DNA of 32,000 nucleotides from Candidatus Saccharimonadota bacterium (GCA_003516025.1 CP023991.1:721374-753373); one strand, 5' to 3'; counted from the first letter of the stretch, positions 1-7,528 are shown. Translations and numbers: made by a program. Notes: generated by a model not told the origin, from the letters alone.

Positions 1-2
1 AC

Positions 3-215
3 ATTGCTTTCGCCTTCCTCGACGGAGATTTTTACCAGTCAATCATTGATTCGCTGCGCCTGGTTTATCCACGCATGCGGCCAGGCGGTATCATTGCCAT
101 TGACGATTACGGCCGGGAAAAGCTGCCGGGTGTGGAACGGGCAGTGCGCGATTACTTTCAAGGCAAGCAGTACAATGTGCGCGTCGCGCATAATATCGGA
201 GTGATCCAACTATGA
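3..215 (+). CDS. SAM-dependent methyltransferase, TylF/MycF-like (C-terminal fragment; 5' end lies outside the window)
   Basis: Frame +3 is open from the window edge to TGA at 213-215. It is absent from the ORF track because it has no in-window start. The translation IAFAFLDGDFYQSIIDSLRLVYPRMRPGGIIAIDDYGREKLPGVERAVRDYF fits the D-G-D-x-Y-x-S ... G-G-x-I-x-x-D-D-Y C-terminal layout of TylF-type class I methyltransferases. The stop overlaps the rlmH start (ATGA). Confidence 0.55.
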   Translation: MAFAFLDGDFYQSIIDSLRLVYPRMRPGGIIAIDDYGREKLPGVERAVRDYFQGKQYNVRVAHNIGVIQL

Positions 216-640
216 AAATACATATTATCACCATCGGTGAACCGAAGCCTGCTTATGCCAAAGCAGGCTGGCAGGAGTACATAGGGCGGCTTAAACATTA
301 CCATGCGGTGCGCGCGACCCATATTGCCGATAAACATAACGACGCCGGGCATCTGCTTGAGGCCGCGGGTAAAGCATACAAGGTAGCGCTGGCCATTACA
401 GGCAAACAGCTCAGCAGCCCGGAGTTAGCCGCTTTTATTGAAAGCCGCAACCAGGACGGCCGGGAAGTCGCCTTCATTATAGGCGGTCCTGACGGTTTAC
501 AACCTGAAGTACTGGCGGCCAGCGATATGCAGCTTAGTTTTTCCAAACTGACCTTCCCGCACGATCTTGCCATGGTCATACTGGCCGAAACTCTGTATAG
601 AGCCAGTACCATCGCCGCTGGCCAACCGTATCACCGATAG
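212..640 (+). CDS. rlmH: 23S rRNA (pseudouridine1915-N3)-methyltransferase RlmH (SPOUT family)
   Basis: The product is 142 aa. Its N-terminus MKIHIITIGEPK, the IIGGPDG box and the C-terminal LSFSKLTFPHDLAMVILAETLYRA ... PYHR are typical of RlmH in both length and motifs. Confidence 0.85.
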   Translation: MKIHIITIGEPKPAYAKAGWQEYIGRLKHYHAVRATHIADKHNDAGHLLEAAGKAYKVALAITGKQLSSPELAAFIESRNQDGREVAFIIGGPDGLQPEVLAASDMQLSFSKLTFPHDLAMVILAETLYRASTIAAGQPYHR

Positions 641-657
641 TGACAGTCCCTTCATAT

Positions 658-679
658 AAAAAAACAGCATAATATGCTG
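658..679 (-). terminator. Rho-independent terminator (minus strand)
   Basis: CAGCAT-AAT-ATGCTG forms a perfect 6-bp stem at 665-679. On the minus strand it is followed by T7 (complement of A658-A664). The plus side has no T-run, so it is assigned to the minus-strand transcript coming from 873-1889 and the hairpin element. Confidence 0.5.
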
Positions 680-704
680 AGTATACTTTGATATAAGTGT
701 GTAG

Positions 705-822
705 TGGAGGTGGTATTTTGGACTCCCGAAGGGAATCAACAAATATACCACCTCCAGGCGGGAGCACCAGCGAACCTTTACGGTCCATATGCCGGTGCTC
801 CCGCCTGCCTCCTTTGGGGAGG
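705..822. other. Unclassified structured element: three consecutive perfect hairpins (candidate ncRNA or structured 3' UTR)
   Basis: Hairpin 1 pairs 705-716 with 745-756 (12 bp, TGGAGGTGGTAT/ATACCACCTCCA) and has an inner TCCC-GAA-GGGA mini-stem. Hairpin 2 pairs 756-768 with 794-806 (13 bp, AGGCGGGAGCACC/GGTGCTCCCGCCT). Hairpin 3 pairs 808-812 with 818-822 (CCTCC/GGAGG). The element lies in a convergent intergenic region and has no credible ORF. Confidence 0.4.
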
Positions 823-872
823 ACTTTATCTGAGTAAGGTTCAGACTACCGGTAATGCATCATCTGGTGCGG

Positions 873-1889
873 TCAGGCGGCCTTGTCCTGCGACTGGGTG
901 CGGGCGATCATCCTCTCGTTGATGTCGTGGGTGTTGGCGACGACGGGCATGTCGAGACCTCTGGAGCTGGCGAGCGCCATGATGGCGATCACCTCTTTGG
1001 GCAGGCACGCACCGGCGTAGGGACCCAGGTTGCGGGTGCCGTACTTCGGGTTGCGCAGCCCTTCGCAGGACACCTCGGAGATCTTGTAGATCAGTGCGAT
1101 CTCCGGGTCGGAGACGCGGTGGAGGCGGCAGAGCTGCTCGAACTCGCGGTTGAAGGCGATGCGGATGCCCTCGAAGAGGTCGGGTGCCGCGAAGACGGCC
1201 TGTATCTGCTGCTCGGTGAAGCCGTTGTCCTCCAGGTGCATGCGCAACTGGTTGCAGAACGAGATCTTCACCGCGTTGTAGACGTTGTGGTGGTACTTCT
1301 GCAGCTCGCCGGCGACGATGGAGGTCCACCGCATGGGGACGCCGAACGGCTCGTAGAGCTTCTCCATGACCTCCACGGAACGAACGTCCTGAGGGTGGTG
1401 GCCGATGGTCACGACCCGGGGGTTGAGGCTGTCAGCCAGCGGGTTCTTGTCGTCCGTCGGGTTCTCCGCACGGAGGTACTCGGGGTTGTAGACGACACCG
1501 AAGTCGACGCCGGCCTTCTTGCCCGAGATGTCCTCCATCTGTTGAGTCAGCTCCCTGGTCATGCCGGGGATCTGGGTGCAACGGAAGACGACGACCGGGT
1601 AGTGGGAGTCGTTGATCCCGCTGAGCTTGTCGGCGATGTCGTCGGCGGCGGCCCGGAGGTAGCTGGTGTCCTGGCCCTGGGGCGTGGACGGGGTCGGCAC
1701 CGAGACGAAGATCAGGTCCACGTGGTGGATGTTGACCTGGTCGGGACGGACGGCGTAGAGGCCGCGGCCCATGAGCTGCCAGATCCGCTCCTGCGAGACG
1801 TCGACGAACGTGACGTCGTGTCCGCGCTGGAGGAAAGCCTGGCCCGTGGCGGAACCGACGACACCGGAACCGTAGATGGCGATGTGCAT
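873..1889 (-). CDS. UDP-glucose/GDP-mannose dehydrogenase family protein (short form, 338 aa), high-GC xenolog with catalytic Cys intact
   Basis: N-terminal Rossmann motif MHIAIYGSGVVGSATG. Central-domain signature GELQKYHHNVYNAVKISFCNQLR. Active-site box YAGACLPKE, with the Cys codon at 1005-1007. RBS AAAGAGG lies 8 nt upstream of the ATG. Third codon positions are almost all G/C, unlike the flanks. Confidence 0.75.
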   Translation of the reverse strand: MHIAIYGSGVVGSATGQAFLQRGHDVTFVDVSQERIWQLMGRGLYAVRPDQVNIHHVDLIFVSVPTPSTPQGQDTSYLRAAADDIADKLSGINDSHYPVVVFRCTQIPGMTRELTQQMEDISGKKAGVDFGVVYNPEYLRAENPTDDKNPLADSLNPRVVTIGHHPQDVRSVEVMEKLYEPFGVPMRWTSIVAGELQKYHHNVYNAVKISFCNQLRMHLEDNGFTEQQIQAVFAAPDLFEGIRIAFNREFEQLCRLHRVSDPEIALIYKISEVSCEGLRNPKYGTRNLGPYAGACLPKEVIAIMALASSRGLDMPVVANTHDINERMIARTQSQDKAA

Positions 1890-2006
1890 GAGAGCACCTC
1901 TTTCGAGAGATCACTGCGGGTGGATTGGTGGCCACACTAGATGATGTAAAGAGCAAAATCACTCGGATTACATCAGAGCTGATGTGCGGGTGTGACTTGC
2001 ATTAGC

Positions 2007-2035
2007 AAACTAACATACTTTTGCTTTTGTGTCAA
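2007..2035 (-). promoter_or_regulatory. Sigma70-type promoter for 873-1889 (TTGACA-N17-TGtTAGTTT)
   Basis: On the minus strand, TTGACA (2030-2035), a 17-nt spacer, then extended -10 TGTTAGTTT (2007-2015). This gives a ~110-nt leader containing an ACATCA-GCTC-TGATGT hairpin. Confidence 0.4.
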
Positions 2036-2088
2036 TTATAGTCTATGTATCTTAAGCACTATAACAGTATAAATTTAATTACTCATTA

Positions 2089-2117
2089 TTGACTCTCTTA
2101 CAAAAAAATGTTAGTTT
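2089..2117 (+). promoter_or_regulatory. Sigma70-type promoter for the polysaccharide operon (TTGACT-N17-TGtTAGTTT)
   Basis: TTGACT at 2089-2094, a 17-nt spacer, then TGTTAGTTT at 2109-2117. The 10-mer ATGTTAGTTT is identical to the one in the divergent promoter at 2007-2016. Confidence 0.4.
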
Positions 2118-2162
2118 AATGTAAGTTAGCGCTCATTGTTACGCAGGCGCTCGCATATAATT

Positions 2163-3362
2163 ATGAAATTAATTTTTAACTGGATACAGCACCGGCTCAG
2201 GCAGCATCGCCTAGCTCTTATATGGAGCTGCTTTTTTGCAATTATACTTAGTATTATAATTGCCAGCGTAATATATAACGCAGCCCCCCGAAGTAGCTCG
2301 GAGTCGAATCAGCGGTATCGGCTTACCAATCCATTCGGCAGCCAGCCATCATATGGCAGTACCTATTATGTTAGCCCTAATGGCAACGATAAAAATGATG
2401 GCCTTGCAGAGAAAACTGCCTTTAAAAGTATCAACAAAGCGGTTAGCTACGCAGAGGCTGGAAATACCATTCAGCTCGCTGACGGTTTATATCGTCAAAC
2501 TATCTCCAGCGTTAAATCCGGCACACCAGGTAAGCCAATTATCCTTCGCGGCTCCCAAGCCGCCGTTGTAAATGGCTCGCCTGATGATAGCCGCATTGTT
2601 GAAGTACGCCATAATTACATTACTCTGGACGGCTTTACAATTGACGGCGCAAGCGGTGATGCGCGGCAACCGGAAGATTTTCAAGATAAATTGCTCTACG
2701 TAATTGGCAATGCGCCGCGGCAAGGCGTTGAGGGGCTGCACGTTACAAATATGCTCATCCAAAATGGTGGCGGTGAATGCGTACGGCTGCGTTATTACGC
2801 GGCTAACAATGAAATTGATCATTCGACTATCCGTAATTGCGGTATCTACGATTTTCGATTTGATGCAGGCAGTAAAAATGGAGAGGGCATATATATCGGC
2901 ACAGCCCCCGAGCAGACGGGTGACGGTAAAAATCCGACTTCAGATGTCGATACGTCCCATGACAATCATATCCATAACAATATTATCGAAACACATGGCA
3001 ATGAATGCGTTGATATAAAAGAAGGCTCCCACGACAATATCGTTGAGCATAACACTTGCCGATACCAGTCAGATCCTGAATCCGGCGGCTATGATGCCCG
3101 TGGCAGCAACAATACGATTCGCTATAACGTAAGTGAGCATAACAAAGGAGCGGGTGTCCGGCTTGGTGGCGACAAGAAAAGCGATGGCATCAATAATAAA
3201 GTGTACGGTAATACGCTCACCGATAATAAAAATGGTGTAATGAAAATCACCCGGTTACCACAGAGTACTGTGTGCGGTAACAAAAGCTCCGCCAACGGAA
3301 ACGGTGATAATACCGTCCGTAATATTGACGTTACAAAGAAATGTAATAATTCTATTGATTAA
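2163..3362 (+). CDS. Membrane-anchored right-handed parallel beta-helix protein (pectate-lyase fold, DUF1565-like)
   Basis: N-terminal TM segment LALIWSCFFAIILSIIIASVIY. This is followed by YYVSPNGNDKNDGLAEKTAFKSINKAVSYAEAGNTIQLADGLY, typical of beta-helix glycan-active proteins, and repeated N-x-I-x-x-N turns. The start is ambiguous: ATG 2163 is preferred over the track's TTG 2136. Confidence 0.6.
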   Translation: MKLIFNWIQHRLRQHRLALIWSCFFAIILSIIIASVIYNAAPRSSSESNQRYRLTNPFGSQPSYGSTYYVSPNGNDKNDGLAEKTAFKSINKAVSYAEAGNTIQLADGLYRQTISSVKSGTPGKPIILRGSQAAVVNGSPDDSRIVEVRHNYITLDGFTIDGASGDARQPEDFQDKLLYVIGNAPRQGVEGLHVTNMLIQNGGGECVRLRYYAANNEIDHSTIRNCGIYDFRFDAGSKNGEGIYIGTAPEQTGDGKNPTSDVDTSHDNHIHNNIIETHGNECVDIKEGSHDNIVEHNTCRYQSDPESGGYDARGSNNTIRYNVSEHNKGAGVRLGGDKKSDGINNKVYGNTLTDNKNGVMKITRLPQSTVCGNKSSANGNGDNTVRNIDVTKKCNNSID

Positions 3363-3389
3363 TTGTCAATAATAGTGTATTGTTATACT
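3363..3389 (+). promoter_or_regulatory. Possible internal extended -10 promoter
   Basis: TTGTCA (3363-3368), a 15-nt spacer, then TGtTATACT (3381-3389). An AGGAG RBS follows at 3411-3415, 9 nt before ATG 3425. Confidence 0.35.
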
Positions 3390-3424
3390 AACTATTCGAC
3401 AAGTATACATAGGAGCAGACCCGT

Positions 3425-4249
3425 ATGAAAATAGCAGTAATTGGTAGTGGTATTGCAGGCCAGGCAGTTGGTACGGCTTTAAGCAAACATGACAACAGTA
3501 TTATATTCGTAGACGTTATTAAAGCAGCGCTTCAGCCCTTACAGACTAAAGGCTATACGACCGAACTTGCCGATACCTATACCAAAATCAACACTGATAT
3601 TACCATGTTCTGCGTACCTGCGTCCCAGTTAGAAAAAGCTGTACGCTCCTTTGCCGCCCGTCTGAAAAACCATAATAAATACCACACTATCGTCATATGT
3701 TCGAGCATTGTACCAAACACTAGCCGGAAAAAGATACTACCACTTATCGAGTCGCTGTCTGGCAAAAAGGCTGCTATCGACTTCGGCATTGTGGTCCAAC
3801 CATTGTATGCGCGCTCAGAGACAATTAATCCAGATTCTGCCCGTCCATGGTTCATCCTTATTGGTGAACTAGATAAAAAATCCGGCGACACCATTGCACG
3901 GTTGTATACAAAATTCGATGCTCCGTTGGAACGCATGAGCCTGGAAGAGGCCGAGTTCCAAAAGTACGTCCACAATATGTTTAACGCAACTAAAATCAGC
4001 TTTTTTAATGAATTGCGGGTTATTGCCGTAAAAGAAGGCTGGAACGATACTGCTATTTTTGAAGCGGTAGCTGAAAGCTCGGAAGCAATTTGGAACCCTC
4101 TCTATGGCATACATGACAAAGGCGGTTTCAGTGGTACTGGCATTGAAGCTGACGCCGAAACCCTCGTTGATTGGGCGCAAGCGAACCAGTACGGCGTCGG
4201 TATTATTAAAGCCGTGCTAGCTGCGAACAAGGGCACTCACCGTGATTGA
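3425..4249 (+). CDS. UDP-glucose/GDP-mannose dehydrogenase family paralog (274 aa) lacking the catalytic cysteine
   Basis: MKIAVIGSGIAGQAVG Rossmann motif and EFQKYVHNMFNATKISFFNELR central signature. It is colinear with the 873-1889 product (GKKAAIDFGIVVQP vs GKKAGVDFGVVYNP). The active-site box reads FSGTGIEAD where the xenolog has YAGACLPKE, so Cys is replaced by Gly at codon 4139-4141 and Lys by Ala. The 3' end overlaps the GT2 start by 8 nt. Confidence 0.7.
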   Translation: MKIAVIGSGIAGQAVGTALSKHDNSIIFVDVIKAALQPLQTKGYTTELADTYTKINTDITMFCVPASQLEKAVRSFAARLKNHNKYHTIVICSSIVPNTSRKKILPLIESLSGKKAAIDFGIVVQPLYARSETINPDSARPWFILIGELDKKSGDTIARLYTKFDAPLERMSLEEAEFQKYVHNMFNATKISFFNELRVIAVKEGWNDTAIFEAVAESSEAIWNPLYGIHDKGGFSGTGIEADAETLVDWAQANQYGVGIIKAVLAANKGTHRD

Positions 4250-5846
4250 CGCCGAATTACTTAAAACCATCCTGCTGTATATTCCGCTTTCGCTGATTGG
4301 CGCTTGGCGCTGGACATTCTGGCTGGTTCGCCGTATAACCGCCGAGTTTTACAACCCACAAGTTCAACCGTGGCCTGCCGACGAGGTAAAGCCAACCACC
4401 AGCATTGTTACGCCAGTCTATAACGAGGACCCGATTGTTTTTGAAGAAGCAATGCAGTCCTGGATTGCAAATGGAGTCGATGAAATTGTTGCTGTTATCG
4501 ATAAGTCGAATACGCGGCATATTGTTGATTTCCAGAGGCGCTACGTCGATAATCCAACCGGTGAAACAGTTTGCCGTGTTGTAGTTACGCCGAAACCCGG
4601 CAAACGGGCCGCTCTCTGTGACGGTATTGAGGCAGCCACTGGTGATCTCATAGTTTTAGTTGATTCGGATACTATTTGGAGCAGCGATGTACTAGAGAAA
4701 ACTTTGCCATATTTCCAAAATGAACGAATTGGCGGCGCCACCGTTGCGCAGCGAATCCAAAATCCATATAACGTTGCTAATGTGATGTTCGACATCCTCC
4801 TATACTCGCGATATAAAGAAGAAGTACCGTTTCTACTTGCTACTGGCCGTGCCTTTAACACATTGTCTGGCCGTACGGCATTTTACCGACGCGAAGCAAT
4901 ATTTAATGACACGTACGACAACATGCATGCGCTTCGCCACGAATTTTTCCTAGGGACGCGTGGCATTTCAGGGGATGACAAGCGTTTGACACATTTAATT
5001 GTTGAACAGGGTTGGCACACCGCCTTTGTAAAAGGGCCGGTAGTACTGACACCAGGCCTGAATTCGGTGAAAAAGTTCTTAAAGCAGCGACTTCGCTGGA
5101 CACGCAATTCATGGCGCGCCGACCTGAGAGCCGTTGGCCGCGGTTGGGTATTCTCCCATCCTGCATTAGCGATATTTATGATCGACCGCTTCATACAACC
5201 AGTGTTTATGTTAATTGGTCCGGTAGTCATGACGTTCGCGCTCATCAACCATGAATGGTTATTCGCGGGCATTTTACTGGCATGGTGGTTCATTAGCCGT
5301 ATTATTCGAGTCTTCGGTTACTTCAAACAATACCCGAAGCGGCTAATATATCTGCCGGCTTATATTTTGTACGGTTATGCTAATGCCGTTATCAAAATAT
5401 ATGCCTTGGCTACCTTAATTGAGCACAGCTGGGCGACACGCTGGAATAAGGCTCGCGCAAAGCGCAAGAGCATTTTCCGCAAAGCATACACTGTTGTCAG
5501 CGGTTACGCAGCGATTGTCGTATTTATGGTACTAATCGTACAAATCGTATTATCGCTACGTACCCAAGCCGGCGCTGACATTACCGTACCAGCACCAGTC
5601 GATGCCACGGCGTTCAATCAGCAAGTTCAAAACGTAACTCAGCTACAAAAACAACCGCCAGCACCGCAAGGCTACATTGATCCTACTGTCGTTAAAGAAT
5701 ATACGGTTCAGTCTGGCGACACTTTATCCGGCCTGTCGATCCAATTCAATATGACCGTCCAAGACATAAAGCGGTTCAATACTTTGCGCACTAATGCCTT
5801 AATACCAGGACAAGTCATTTTTTACTATATGGCAACACAAGGATAA
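4242..5846 (+). CDS. Processive family-2 glycosyltransferase (hyaluronan/chitin synthase/NodC/Alg8-like) with C-terminal LysM domain
   Basis: GTG start with an AAGGG RBS. TM segments are present at the N-terminus and after the catalytic domain. Motifs: VDSDT (4662-4673), FYRRE, GDDKRLT and Q-R-L-R-W (5085-5099, the QxxRW processivity motif). C-terminal LysM YTVQSGDTLSGLSIQFNMTVQDIKRFNTLRTNALIPGQVIF lies at about 5700-5828. Confidence 0.8.
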   Translation: MIDAELLKTILLYIPLSLIGAWRWTFWLVRRITAEFYNPQVQPWPADEVKPTTSIVTPVYNEDPIVFEEAMQSWIANGVDEIVAVIDKSNTRHIVDFQRRYVDNPTGETVCRVVVTPKPGKRAALCDGIEAATGDLIVLVDSDTIWSSDVLEKTLPYFQNERIGGATVAQRIQNPYNVANVMFDILLYSRYKEEVPFLLATGRAFNTLSGRTAFYRREAIFNDTYDNMHALRHEFFLGTRGISGDDKRLTHLIVEQGWHTAFVKGPVVLTPGLNSVKKFLKQRLRWTRNSWRADLRAVGRGWVFSHPALAIFMIDRFIQPVFMLIGPVVMTFALINHEWLFAGILLAWWFISRIIRVFGYFKQYPKRLIYLPAYILYGYANAVIKIYALATLIEHSWATRWNKARAKRKSIFRKAYTVVSGYAAIVVFMVLIVQIVLSLRTQAGADITVPAPVDATAFNQQVQNVTQLQKQPPAPQGYIDPTVVKEYTVQSGDTLSGLSIQFNMTVQDIKRFNTLRTNALIPGQVIFYYMATQG

Positions 5847-5850
5847 CACT

Positions 5851-7515
5851 ATGAAGAATAAAACCCCTCAACAGTCTGTCGCAAAATCTAATACAAAGAA
5901 GTTCCGGCGCCTGGGCAACCTTCGCCCGGTAGTACTCATTTTGCTCATTCCACTGGCGGTCGGAGCGTTAACAATCGGAGCTGTTGCGTCCGGTCTGTAC
6001 TACAATAGCGTCGCGCGGTTAGGCAGCGACCGGCTCATAACCCAGAACTGGCAGAGCGCCAACGATTCACTCGCCGCCCAACAACCAAAGTACGAGCGCA
6101 AATTCGCATATTACCAGGTTAAAGCCGGCCAAACCCTGGAAGATCTGTCTGAGTATTTTAGTGTCACCCCCAGCACTCTAGCTTCCATGAATCCGGGCAA
6201 TATTACAACTGGAACGACTGTCAAAATTCCTGCCCTCGAAGCGCCATATACGCCAAAAAACGGCCCAAACGGCCTGCTTGGTACTGCAGCTGTCACTGAT
6301 GAAGCTGGCGTAATCCATATTACGAGTAAGTACGGTTACGGGACACATATCGATACCAATATACCTGAAATTGCCAGTTTCCTGGCGCCATACAATGCGA
6401 TTGAACAGATCAGTCCAAAAGTATTCCGCTTTAACCGTCCAGTTTCAATTGACGGCGACATTCGGATAGACATAACAACCGCTACTGTCAGCCGCATTGA
6501 GCTTCGCAGCGCGCCGAACGACATCACCTGCCTGTGTTTTGACCAGTCAGCCGCATTGATTGACGGCGTTACGATTACTTCTTACGATCCCACAACAAAA
6601 CAAGCCGATGACAACTACTCAGACGGACGCAGTTTTGTGCGCATGAAAAACGGCCGCATGGATACCATAAATACTACTTTCACGCGTCTCGGCAATGGCA
6701 TCGACAGTGCTGTTCCAGGGTCACCATTTTATGGCACACAACAAGACGGCGGCGTCTACGGCGTATCATGGCGTATTTCAAGCATGACGCTGGGGAAGCA
6801 AATTACTACCGGCTGGGTAGAGGGCTCAACTTTTGAACACAACTACTTTGGTGCCTACACCTTTGGTGCCTCAGGCATGCTCTGGAGGGGTAATACATTC
6901 GACGCAAATCACGTATACGGCCTTGATCCTCACGATGACAGTAATAACGCACTCATTGAAAACAATATTTTCAAAAACAATGAAAAGCACGGCTTTATCG
7001 TGTCGAAGCGCTGCAACTACAATATTATCCGTAACAACCTCTCGCTGGACAATAAAGTTAACGGCTTTATGTTACACCAGGACTCAGCCTACAATTTAAT
7101 TGAGAACAACGTCTCAGCTGGCAATACCGATAACTACGTTATTTACGAGTCCAACTACAACACCATTAGTAACAATAAAAGTTATAACGCCAGTTCAAGC
7201 CATATCCGCGTTAATCAATCTTCACACAACACTTTCATAACCGGCAACCAGACATACGGCAATGGACGGGGCATATTCCTTTACGACGGTGTTACAAATA
7301 CGCTAATCAGTCAAAACACTATCCAGGGAAGCGGCAAAAAATTACAGACAAATAACGCTCAGAACACTGTCTTCCTCAATAATAAGGTTAGCGACATTCA
7401 CTATGACATTAATGAAGGCGACCGGATGATTTTCGGCCCGAATACCGCCAAAACTGTCGACATGACCATACCGGCAGACCAGGCTTTACTAACGGCATTC
7501 GAGAAGAAGCAATAA
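5851..7515 (+). CDS. Membrane-anchored LysM + right-handed beta-helix protein, mannuronan C5-epimerase (AlgG/AlgE)-like
   Basis: N-terminal TM segment, then LysM YYQVKAGQTLEDLSEYFSVTPSTLASMNPGNITTGTTVKIP (6109-6231). The block YGLDPHDDSNNALIENN...KHGFIVSKRCN carries the DPHD motif (6925-6936) that is conserved in AlgG. Many NN-x-x-x-N beta-helix turns. RBS AAGGA lies 7 nt upstream. Confidence 0.6.
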   Translation: MKNKTPQQSVAKSNTKKFRRLGNLRPVVLILLIPLAVGALTIGAVASGLYYNSVARLGSDRLITQNWQSANDSLAAQQPKYERKFAYYQVKAGQTLEDLSEYFSVTPSTLASMNPGNITTGTTVKIPALEAPYTPKNGPNGLLGTAAVTDEAGVIHITSKYGYGTHIDTNIPEIASFLAPYNAIEQISPKVFRFNRPVSIDGDIRIDITTATVSRIELRSAPNDITCLCFDQSAALIDGVTITSYDPTTKQADDNYSDGRSFVRMKNGRMDTINTTFTRLGNGIDSAVPGSPFYGTQQDGGVYGVSWRISSMTLGKQITTGWVEGSTFEHNYFGAYTFGASGMLWRGNTFDANHVYGLDPHDDSNNALIENNIFKNNEKHGFIVSKRCNYNIIRNNLSLDNKVNGFMLHQDSAYNLIENNVSAGNTDNYVIYESNYNTISNNKSYNASSSHIRVNQSSHNTFITGNQTYGNGRGIFLYDGVTNTLISQNTIQGSGKKLQTNNAQNTVFLNNKVSDIHYDINEGDRMIFGPNTAKTVDMTIPADQALLTAFEKKQ

Positions 7516-7528
7516 GGGAACCCCCGTT

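Noticed and set aside
4-204. A 66-aa ORF in frame +1 at the window start.
   Set aside because: Frame +3 over the same bases gives a clear TylF-type methyltransferase C-terminus that ends in an ATGA overlap with rlmH. The frame +1 product has no features.
704-922. A 72-aa ORF (GTG start) running through the triple-hairpin element.
   Set aside because: It has no RBS. It crosses three perfect stems and enters the antisense of the foreign gene. The sequence is better explained as RNA structure.
841-1962. Long ORFs in other frames of the first high-GC islet (855-1940 plus strand, 361 aa; 841-1329, 1432-1962 and 1712-1897 minus strand).
   Set aside because: Their translations are Arg/Gly/Val/Asp/His-rich low-complexity strings with no motifs. 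High GC suppresses stop codons in all frames. Only 873-1889 has a Rossmann motif, family signatures and an RBS.
860-1990. Possible imperfect direct repeats flanking the first islet (CATCATCTGGTGCGG near 861 vs CATCAGAGCTGATGTGCGGG near 1970).
   Set aside because: The similarity is weak and gapped. The right copy is also part of a leader hairpin. It is not convincing as an att site or target duplication.
2156-2161. A perfect TATAAT 1 nt upstream of ATG 2163.
   Set aside because: It is too close to serve that start codon and has no -35 at a workable distance. The TTGACT-N17-TGTTAGTTT promoter at 2089-2117 is more plausible.
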